Positions 17,780 through 25,438 of a stretch of DNA of 64,000 nucleotides are shown in pieces. This DNA comes from a virus (Duplodnaviria > Heunggongvirae > Uroviricota > Caudoviricetes). The notes under the pieces were generated by a model. It saw nothing but the letters and a program-made list of their open reading frames with translations, made no database searches and was not told the origin of the DNA. The stretch lies in the IMG/VR virus record IMGVR_UViG_3300042400_000444; one strand, 5' to 3'. A program made the translations under genes and the position numbers. Each line of letters opens with the position of its first letter. Position 1 is the first letter of the stretch.

Positions 17780-18238
17780 ATGAGTACTGGTAGAGAGAAA
17801 GATCAAAAAGACTACGATCTTGAACAGATTGTTAGCGTTATTGATTCTGCACTAGAGTCAGACGATCAACGCATTAAGGACGCCTTACGTGCGCTTATGA
17901 CTATAACTGTGCTGTGTACTGCAGAACATCCTGATCAAACTTTACGCAACGGCCCTCTAGCACGTGTGTTTGAGGATATGCGCAATCTTAATCAGCGTTT
18001 AGGTCGTTTAGAAGATGACCTAAACAAGATTAAATGGGAGCAACAGAAGAAGCAAGTTGAACCGTTTACTCCGCCATACAATCCGGGCAGTCCGTTTGGT
18101 CCGATTGGTACACCAACTACTTCTAAACCAACTCCTATGTGGGGGCCAAGTTGGAGTGCCGGTGATGATCCTAACTATAAAGGCGCAAGTTCCGGTATGC
18201 TTGCTGAAGACTTCATAAAAGAATTGGAGAAACGATAA
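17780..18238 (+). CDS. hypothetical protein (coiled coil and Pro-rich tail)
   Basis: 152-aa ORF with SD. Confidence 0.7.
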   Translation: MSTGREKDQKDYDLEQIVSVIDSALESDDQRIKDALRALMTITVLCTAEHPDQTLRNGPLARVFEDMRNLNQRLGRLEDDLNKIKWEQQKKQVEPFTPPYNPGSPFGPIGTPTTSKPTPMWGPSWSAGDDPNYKGASSGMLAEDFIKELEKR

Positions 18239-18468
18239 TGCCATATATAACCGTTGAAGAAGAAGTTTGGGTTGACTTAGATGATTTTGAAACTGAAGAT
18301 CTAATAGAAGAACTCAAGTCACGTAAAGCCACTACTAGTAGTAACTGGACTGGGCCAAGTGGTAACGAATTAGTTCATGAAATTTACATGGCCAAGCACG
18401 TGCGCAAGCAAGATTATTCAAAATTAATAGATGAACTAATTTACACTGTAACAGGGAAGATAGTATAA
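18238..18468 (+). CDS. hypothetical protein
   Basis: coupled ORF, 76 aa. Confidence 0.7.
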   Translation: MPYITVEEEVWVDLDDFETEDLIEELKSRKATTSSNWTGPSGNELVHEIYMAKHVRKQDYSKLIDELIYTVTGKIV

Positions 18469-18917
18469 TGGCCTTAGGTTGGGAAGATCTACAGCGTATG
18501 AAACGTGTAGAAGAACGTGCTAACAACATGGGCTTTGTACTATCGTCAGGCGCATATACCTACGGATATGATTCGGCTACTGCCGGTACATTGATTTACT
18601 TAAGGCCCAAAGATGATTGTTTTCCGCACTATAGTCGTGACGCTGACATATTCTGTGGGTCTATTGAATCAATTGACACTTGGCTAACTGGTGTTGAATG
18701 GGCTCGTGGCTACGAAGAATTGCTTAAACTTAGTAGCAATAAAAAACGTAGTGAAAAAGAACAAGTTGAGCGCAATCGACAATTACTGCGCACCATTAAA
18801 ACTGGACGTAAAGTTGAAGGCACTGTTGGCGCAACCAGTGTCGACGAATGGCGAATACAATTAGAAGAAGAGTACGATATCGACGACGAAGTTGATTACC
18901 GTGAAATACCATTTTAG
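18468..18917 (+). CDS. hypothetical protein
   Basis: coupled ORF, 149 aa. Confidence 0.7.
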   Translation: MALGWEDLQRMKRVEERANNMGFVLSSGAYTYGYDSATAGTLIYLRPKDDCFPHYSRDADIFCGSIESIDTWLTGVEWARGYEELLKLSSNKKRSEKEQVERNRQLLRTIKTGRKVEGTVGATSVDEWRIQLEEEYDIDDEVDYREIPF

Positions 18918-18925
18918 GAAATATA

Positions 18926-19399
18926 ATGACAAAAGTAATGACTATGACAAAAATAATTGAATCCTTGCCTTATGAATTAAGCGAGTGTACACCAGAACAA
19001 GCACCATGGACTACCCTAGTAGAAGAAGACTTTCACATTGCTATTTTTAAAGATGGCTTTCCTGTCAGTTACGGGCACCTGCTGTTTGTGCCTAAGTATA
19101 ATACCGTAGATGTACTAGCTGATGCAGTAGCTGATGCCATTGCGCAAGGACAACGTATGGTTGCTGAAGGTAACTGTGATGGATATAACATTGGTATCAA
19201 TGTTGGTGAAGCGGCTGGACAAACAGTTGCTTGGCCACATGTACATATGATTCCTCGACGCATAGGTGATGTCTCTGATCCACGCGGTGGCGTGCGAAAT
19301 GTTATTCCACATTTAGGTAATTACAAAAGCAAAGGAATCGGCGACGCCTACGATGAAGTAAATAAATGGTACAGTGACTTTGGTGATGCTAGAGATTAA
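18926..19399 (+). CDS. HIT-family nucleotide hydrolase
   Basis: FPVSYGHLLFVPK, NIGIN.GEAAGQTV.WPHVHMIPR. Confidence 0.85.
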   Translation: MTKVMTMTKIIESLPYELSECTPEQAPWTTLVEEDFHIAIFKDGFPVSYGHLLFVPKYNTVDVLADAVADAIAQGQRMVAEGNCDGYNIGINVGEAAGQTVAWPHVHMIPRRIGDVSDPRGGVRNVIPHLGNYKSKGIGDAYDEVNKWYSDFGDARD

Positions 19400-19920
19400 T
19401 GGAGAATAAAATGAACTTAAAAGATTTTATGGAAGTAATTGATTACAAAATCACAGAAGGTAGTGAGTACCAGTGGTCATGCTTTGGCAATAACGCATAC
19501 ACATTAGATAGTTGGAATGGCGAACAAGAAGGGCATACTGTATCAACAGTATTTGATACCAAAGATCAAACGGTATATGCAGTAATGGCATATGATTACA
19601 TTGCAAATCGTGCATATCGTTGGATGAATCCAGAGTTTGTTGCATTTCACAAAACAGAATGTGAAGGCAGAAACTGCAACGATGAAGCGTGGGAAGGTGT
19701 TGAGTACACTGACTTAGAAGTTGAAGAAGATTTTTTGAAGAAAGCACTTGCAATTGTTTCGGGTGTAGAGTACGATACACGTATTCAAATTCCGTTAGAC
19801 TTTGACAAAGAAACAACATTTCAACTTATGCAACTTGCGCACGAAGCAGACTTAACGCTTAATCAATATGTTGAACAAATTATTCGTGATATGTTAGGAG
19901 AACAATATGAATCCAGATAA
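19399..19920 (+). CDS. hypothetical protein (possible C-terminal ribbon-helix-helix)
   Basis: 173-aa ORF; C-terminal LAHEADLTLNQYVEQII. Confidence 0.65.
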   Translation: MENKMNLKDFMEVIDYKITEGSEYQWSCFGNNAYTLDSWNGEQEGHTVSTVFDTKDQTVYAVMAYDYIANRAYRWMNPEFVAFHKTECEGRNCNDEAWEGVEYTDLEVEEDFLKKALAIVSGVEYDTRIQIPLDFDKETTFQLMQLAHEADLTLNQYVEQIIRDMLGEQYESR

Positions 19921-20071
19921 AAATGAATGGGGTGTATGGAAGATTATGTACAAGCATAGCATGACCCCGAGCTTTATTAACATGAAAAATGATACTATCG
20001 AAGAACAGCTAAAGACAAGTAACTACGTCGAAGCCAATGCTGAACTTTCTCGCATTATGAAGTTGAAGTAA
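19907..20071 (+). CDS. small hypothetical protein (54 aa, absent from ORF track)
   Basis: MNPDKNEWGVWKIMY...IMKLK; AGGAG SD; TAATG coupling to the next gene. Confidence 0.55.
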   Translation: MNPDKNEWGVWKIMYKHSMTPSFINMKNDTIEEQLKTSNYVEANAELSRIMKLK

Positions 20072-20364
20072 TGTTAAAACACAATGAGCCAAACCCGTTA
20101 AACATACACGGGTTACGACAAGTTAATCATTGTCCGCCACACTTCACGCCGGTGTTGTTTGATCTTGAAGTACAAGAGAAAGACTTAATTGACTGGCTAT
20201 ATGAACATTTAGAAGGACGGTTTTACTCTGGCCCCGTTGATAGTAAGACTGGATCTGGCAAACATACACGTCAACAATGTATTGCTTTTGAAAACGCATC
20301 AGAGGCAAGTTACTTCGCAATGTTCCTCACCCAAATTAATTCAGTAAAATACCTTTCTTTCTAG
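20071..20364 (+). CDS. hypothetical protein
   Basis: 97-aa ORF. Confidence 0.7.
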   Translation: MLKHNEPNPLNIHGLRQVNHCPPHFTPVLFDLEVQEKDLIDWLYEHLEGRFYSGPVDSKTGSGKHTRQQCIAFENASEASYFAMFLTQINSVKYLSF

Positions 20365-20423
20365 AAAATATTTCCACCTGTTAAACCATTGGTAAATAAA
20401 GTTGTCCCAAGGAGAACTTTTTA

Positions 20424-20699
20424 ATGGCTAATACAGAAACAACCGTAGTAGAAGAACCAACATCTGCAACATCTACAGTAGAACAATCACCAGCAACGGC
20501 AGGCTTAACTATACAAGATTTAATTGTAGTCACTAAACTTGTCCAACTCGGTAGCGAGCGTAGTGCATTTACTCCTGAAGAGATGCCGGATGTCGTAACC
20601 GTATATAATAAATTAATTGCATTTTTATCCAGCGTTGGTGCAATTGGCGAGCAACCTGTTCCACAAGAAACTGCTGAAACGGAGAAACAAGATGATTAA
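20424..20699 (+). CDS. hypothetical protein
   Basis: AAGGAG SD; TAAATA box at 20393-20398. Confidence 0.7.
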   Translation: MANTETTVVEEPTSATSTVEQSPATAGLTIQDLIVVTKLVQLGSERSAFTPEEMPDVVTVYNKLIAFLSSVGAIGEQPVPQETAETEKQDD

Positions 20700-21393
20700 G
20701 CACGTAGGCAGACATAACAACAAACGAGTTGTTATTGCATATAAGCAAGTCCCTGATGAAGATCATATGTGTTTGGTAATTTATAGTGAATCATTACCAA
20801 TGCGTATTCATGATGAAGTAATGAAAGTATTAGAAAGTGAAATTGGTCAACAAGCAAATGACTTTGCCGATGCACTATTCCGTCATACTATGGCAGATGG
20901 TGTTAATTGCTTAAATGCAATTCACCGTGGCGGGTTGTTATCTAAAGTACCAACTAACCAAGTTATCGTAACACCAACTTCAGCTAGTTCAGTACGCTTA
21001 GATGAGTTAAACACAATCTTAGCAGAGATTGCTAAAGGTGAAGAAGCAACTAAGAAATTAGCAAATGCAGATGCAGGTCAAAGATGGGAAGGCAGAGAGT
21101 TAGGCGAACCAGCCAAAGCCGCAAGTGTAAATACTACATCCGCTAGCATTAATACAGATGGCGTATTATCTGACGCAGACATTGCAAATCAACGTTTGGC
21201 ACAAGCTACGAAAATGGAAGCTGAAGCTAAGAGTTTATTAGCAGAAGCAAAACGTTTAAAAGACGAAGCAAACGCACTGGCACCGAAGGTAACTAAGGCA
21301 AAAGTAACTAAAGCAAAAGCAACTACAACTACAACAACTGCGAAGAAAACAAATGCCAGAAAACCTACCACAACCAAAAAAGCCGCGGCGTAA
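20692..21393 (+). CDS. hypothetical protein with Lys/Ala/Thr-rich C-terminal tail
   Basis: Start MIKHVGRH with GGAG SD; tail KVTKAKVTKAKATTTTTTAKK...KKAAA. Confidence 0.75.
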   Translation: MIKHVGRHNNKRVVIAYKQVPDEDHMCLVIYSESLPMRIHDEVMKVLESEIGQQANDFADALFRHTMADGVNCLNAIHRGGLLSKVPTNQVIVTPTSASSVRLDELNTILAEIAKGEEATKKLANADAGQRWEGRELGEPAKAASVNTTSASINTDGVLSDADIANQRLAQATKMEAEAKSLLAEAKRLKDEANALAPKVTKAKVTKAKATTTTTTAKKTNARKPTTTKKAAA

Positions 21394-21709
21394 GGCTAGT
21401 CCTGGTAAGAAACTTAACATGAGTGTTAAGAAACGTTGGCAAGATATTGTTAGAGATGTTGATAAAAAGGAAGTACCTGTTACCGTGCTACAACGTATTG
21501 TTGTTAAGCTCATCGATGGCACGGATCTTTCTATTGATGTTAAACAATTACTCGACGATGGACAACACCCAGACGAGATCGAAGAATTGCTTAATGCTAA
21601 GTTTCAAGACTTAGATGAGTATATCGAAACCGTAGACTTCTTTATTGATATAGATAAAGTAGTTGGTGCTGTTCAACCCGAGACAGACAAGGTACTAAAG
21701 AATCTATGA
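21353..21709 (+). CDS. hypothetical protein (start may be 21419)
   Basis: ORF with ATGA overlap to DHFR. Confidence 0.65.
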   Translation: MPENLPQPKKPRRKASPGKKLNMSVKKRWQDIVRDVDKKEVPVTVLQRIVVKLIDGTDLSIDVKQLLDDGQHPDEIEELLNAKFQDLDEYIETVDFFIDIDKVVGAVQPETDKVLKNL

Positions 21710-22209
21710 TTATATCAATTTTAGCTTCTACCAGTACCGGCGGTATTGGGAATCGTGGTACCTTACCATGGCCCAAGCATTCTGAAGATATGAAATGGTT
21801 TGCGCAACATACTACAGGTCAAATTGTAGTTATGGGGCGCAACACATGGGATGATCCTAAGATGCCTAAGCCATTACCTAATCGTGAAAATTATGTTGTT
21901 AGTAGTAGACATGTAGCACAACAATATCAACATTTAGTAAAGTGGATTCCGAGTAGCCCTGTAGAGAATATACTACAGTTACAAAAGGATAACCCATCTA
22001 AAGATGTGTATGTTATCGGTGGTCGACAACTATACGAAGCAACAGAAAGTATTGTTGATAGAGTATTGCTGACACGTATCAAAGGTGCTTGGTTTACTGA
22101 CACACGTATTCAGTTGGAAAGTATGTTGGCATGCTTTCAAATCAAATCAGTTAAACCCGGCGATAACTGTACCTACGAAACGTGGAATCGCATAATGTTT
22201 TTTAAGTAG
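21706..22209 (+). CDS. folA: dihydrofolate reductase
   Basis: IGNRGTLPW, DMKWF, VVMGRNTW, PLPNREN, VIGG. Confidence 0.92.
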   Translation: MIISILASTSTGGIGNRGTLPWPKHSEDMKWFAQHTTGQIVVMGRNTWDDPKMPKPLPNRENYVVSSRHVAQQYQHLVKWIPSSPVENILQLQKDNPSKDVYVIGGRQLYEATESIVDRVLLTRIKGAWFTDTRIQLESMLACFQIKSVKPGDNCTYETWNRIMFFK

Positions 22210-22238
22210 TTGACTTATAGAACTATCTCTGTTATACT
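22210..22238 (+). promoter_or_regulatory. sigma70 promoter with extended -10
   Basis: TTGACT-N17-TATACT. Confidence 0.75.
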
Positions 22239-22244
22239 AATAAT

Positions 22245-23093
22245 ATGAAAACATATCTTGATTCTTTAAAATTTGTCTTAGACAATGGTACAATAAGACC
22301 AGACCGCACATCAACAGGTACAATTGGTGTGTTTGGTATGCAACAACGCTACGATTTAAGTAAGGGCTTTCCAGCTGTTACCACAAAAAAACTAGCATGG
22401 AAGGCTGTTGTCTCTGAACTACTTTGGTTCATTGAAGGTAGCGGTGATGAACGTAGGCTTGCAGAAATACTGCATGGCACACGTGATAGTGGTAAGCGTA
22501 CTATCTGGACAGACAATGCAACATCTCCATATTGGCTACTTAAATCTACATTCGAAGGCGACTTAGGTCGAGTGTATGGTGTACAGTGGCGACATTGGAA
22601 AACACCAGATGGAACGGAAGTGGACCAACTAGCAGAACTTATCCACAATATTAAAACAGACCCACACGGACGACGACATATACTAACAGCGTGGAACCCC
22701 GGAGAATTAAGCTCTATGGCTCTGCCACCGTGTCACTGTTTTGCACAGTTTTATGTCAGTGCTGACAATAAGTTGTCGTGTCAATTATACCAGCGATCAT
22801 GCGATATGTTTTTGGGAAATCCTTTTAACATAGCATCCTACAGCCTGCTAACGCATATGGTAGCCCAAGTGTGTGGCCTTGGGGTAGGCGAATTCGTTCA
22901 CGTACTCGGTGATGCTCACATATATTTGAATCATGTAGATCAGGTAAACGAACAATTGAAACGCGAACCATTACCTGCACCACAACTTTGGATCAACCCA
23001 GATGTTCGAGACATCACTAAATTTACCATGGAAGACTTTAAATTAAATGGCTATGAATCATACGCAAGCATTAAAGCACCAATGGCAGTCTAA
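22245..23093 (+). CDS. thyA: thymidylate synthase
   Basis: DRTSTGT, ELLWF, VYGVQWR, LPPCH, YQRSCD.FLG.PFNIASY, HIYLNH, APMAV. Confidence 0.96.
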   Translation: MKTYLDSLKFVLDNGTIRPDRTSTGTIGVFGMQQRYDLSKGFPAVTTKKLAWKAVVSELLWFIEGSGDERRLAEILHGTRDSGKRTIWTDNATSPYWLLKSTFEGDLGRVYGVQWRHWKTPDGTEVDQLAELIHNIKTDPHGRRHILTAWNPGELSSMALPPCHCFAQFYVSADNKLSCQLYQRSCDMFLGNPFNIASYSLLTHMVAQVCGLGVGEFVHVLGDAHIYLNHVDQVNEQLKREPLPAPQLWINPDVRDITKFTMEDFKLNGYESYASIKAPMAV

Positions 23094-23367
23094 GAAACCC
23101 GATACCCATCGTGTAAGATTCTTTACCAGCACATTTACCGATGATGTTGACACACAAATGTCTGACAGATTTTGGCGGATTGCTGAAGAATTTAAATTGA
23201 CTCCACAGGCAGAATGGGTAAAAGATAATGATATTACTCTGGCGTGGATGGAAGATGACATATACTATTCCTTTGGCAAGATGTGTATTATATACGGTGA
23301 CTTAACTGAAAGACAATATGTAGATTATAGTTTACGATTCTTTCAACACCAATCGGATTGGAAATGA
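23047..23367 (+). CDS. hypothetical protein
   Basis: 106-aa ORF filling the gap; exact start uncertain. Confidence 0.55.
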   Translation: MAMNHTQALKHQWQSKKPDTHRVRFFTSTFTDDVDTQMSDRFWRIAEEFKLTPQAEWVKDNDITLAWMEDDIYYSFGKMCIIYGDLTERQYVDYSLRFFQHQSDWK

Positions 23368-24350
23368 AAATAATAATCACTGGCGGCGCAGGGTTCATCG
23401 GACATAATGTAACTCGCATATTAGAAGAACAAGGGCACGAGTGCATCGTCGTTGATACTACAACAGACTATGGCTTTATACCAAAAAAGGAATTGAATTA
23501 TCTTAAATCTTCACGTAAAGAACGTTTTAACTCACGTGTCATACATACTGATATATGTAGCGTTAATCATATCGACAGTATTTTTAGCGCAGTACGTCCA
23601 GAGTTAGTAATACATCTCGCTAGCTTTCCGCGACAAAATGTAGTAAGCCAAAATCCAATACTAGGGTCAGAAGTAATGACTACTGGCCTAATCAATTTAC
23701 TCGAAGCAAGCACACGTTATAACATTAAGAAGTTTGTGTACATTAGCAGTTCAATGGTATATGGTGACTTTAAAGATGGCTTGTTCGATGGTGTCGACGA
23801 GTATGTTGATTGTAATCCAATTGGGCAATACGGCATTATGAAGTATATGGGCGAGAAACTTGTAGCTGATTATACTCGCCGTGGCTGCTTTGCGCATACT
23901 ATCATTCGCCCAAGTGCTGTATACGGTCCGTGGGATATCGAAGATAGAGTTGTTAGTAAGTTTATGCTTGCGGCAATGCGTGACGAAGTATTAAAAGTTA
24001 AAGGTGCTAATGAGGTGCTAGACTTTACATACGTCGAAGATACTGCAATGGGTATTGCTCAAGCCGCATTAAGCGATAATGCTAACAATAGAATTTACAA
24101 TATTACACGTTCATCAGAAGCAGAATATACATTGCTCGATGCCGCTAAACTTGCTGTAAGTATTGCGGGCAAAGGGAGTATTCAAGTTGCAGAACGTGAT
24201 TTAGCATTTCCAACACGTGGTAGATTAAGCATTACTAGTGCAGTCGCGGACTTTGGGTACAATCCAACAGTTAACGTAGAAGAAGGATTTGCTCGTTATC
24301 ATGAGTGGTTTAAATTCTCTCCTTACTGGCGTGACCAACTTCCGTTATGA
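23364..24350 (+). CDS. NAD-dependent NDP-sugar epimerase/dehydratase (extended SDR)
   Basis: TGGAGFIG, HLAS, SSSMVYG, YGIMK, VYGP, DFTYVED. Confidence 0.92.
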   Translation: MKIIITGGAGFIGHNVTRILEEQGHECIVVDTTTDYGFIPKKELNYLKSSRKERFNSRVIHTDICSVNHIDSIFSAVRPELVIHLASFPRQNVVSQNPILGSEVMTTGLINLLEASTRYNIKKFVYISSSMVYGDFKDGLFDGVDEYVDCNPIGQYGIMKYMGEKLVADYTRRGCFAHTIIRPSAVYGPWDIEDRVVSKFMLAAMRDEVLKVKGANEVLDFTYVEDTAMGIAQAALSDNANNRIYNITRSSEAEYTLLDAAKLAVSIAGKGSIQVAERDLAFPTRGRLSITSAVADFGYNPTVNVEEGFARYHEWFKFSPYWRDQLPL

Positions 24351-25438
24351 TTTCATTCTTTGGCATAGACCGACAATACAAAACAATCCGCGAAGAGATA
24401 CTTGAGGTCACTGACATAGTATATTCAAGCGGACAAGTATTAGATGGGCAATACACTAAAACGTTTGAACAGACTATTGCTAAGATGACAGAACGTAAAT
24501 ATGCTGTCGCTGTTAATAGTTGTACTCAAGCACTCGTCTTTGCGCTAAGAGCTGTTGACTTCTATTCTTTATTCCACAAAAATAAAGTACTAATCCCTTC
24601 ACAAAGTTTTGCCGCTACAGTCAATGTTGTATTCGAAGCTGGGTTTGAGCCCGTGTTCTGTGATGTCGATCCAATAACAGGATTAATTGATCTCGATGCT
24701 ATCCCAGTTGAGCCAGATGAAATTGCGGCTGTTATGTACGTTAACTTGTTTGGTAATATTATTGACTATGATAAGTTACAGACGTATGTTACGTTCTTTA
24801 ATAGTCATCGCATACCCGTAATCGAAGATGCGGCACAATCGTTTGGTGCATACTATCGCGGAGTACCAAGTGGCAAGTTAGGCGACATTAGTTGTTTAAG
24901 TTTTGACCCGACTAAGAATTTTCCAAACTATGGCAGTGGCGGAATGATACTAACTGATGATGCCGAGTTCGCTGAACTATGTCTTAATATGCGTGATAAT
25001 GGTAAGGTATCGGAACATTACACTGTTGGTACTAACAGCAAAATGAGCGAAGTTGATTGTGCTCAGATGTTAGTTAAGTTACGGCATTTTGATGCGTGGC
25101 AACAGCGTCGTAAGAACATTGCAGAATACTACACAGAAGAATTAGATGGGCCAGTGCAGATGATTCCTATACATCATAATGTCGAACATGCTTGGCATAA
25201 GTTTGTTATACACTATCCAGAACGTTCACGCTTATTCTCAGATTTACATGCAATGGGCATAGAAACTAAGATACATTATACTGCACCATTACACATGATG
25301 GGCGTAATTGGCGGACACGAAGTATTAGTTGGAGCAGAACAGTTTAGTAAAACGTGTTTGAGTTTACCAATCTATCCAGAAATGACTGATGCAGAAGTTG
25401 AAGCAGTTGTTGATGCTATTAAAGAGTGTACTTGGTAG
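24347..25438 (+). CDS. DegT/DnrJ/EryC1/StrS PLP-dependent sugar aminotransferase
   Basis: VNSCTQAL, IEDAAQSFGA, SFDPTKN..YGSGG, GTNSKM, SLPIYP. Confidence 0.92.
   Translation: MISFFGIDRQYKTIREEILEVTDIVYSSGQVLDGQYTKTFEQTIAKMTERKYAVAVNSCTQALVFALRAVDFYSLFHKNKVLIPSQSFAATVNVVFEAGFEPVFCDVDPITGLIDLDAIPVEPDEIAAVMYVNLFGNIIDYDKLQTYVTFFNSHRIPVIEDAAQSFGAYYRGVPSGKLGDISCLSFDPTKNFPNYGSGGMILTDDAEFAELCLNMRDNGKVSEHYTVGTNSKMSEVDCAQMLVKLRHFDAWQQRRKNIAEYYTEELDGPVQMIPIHHNVEHAWHKFVIHYPERSRLFSDLHAMGIETKIHYTAPLHMMGVIGGHEVLVGAEQFSKTCLSLPIYPEMTDAEVEAVVDAIKECTW

Noticed and set aside
22245-23093. thyA as a dCMP hydroxymethylase feeding cytosine hypermodification
   Set aside because: It keeps the dUMP-specifying Asn (PFNIASY), is full-length and canonical, and sits beside DHFR
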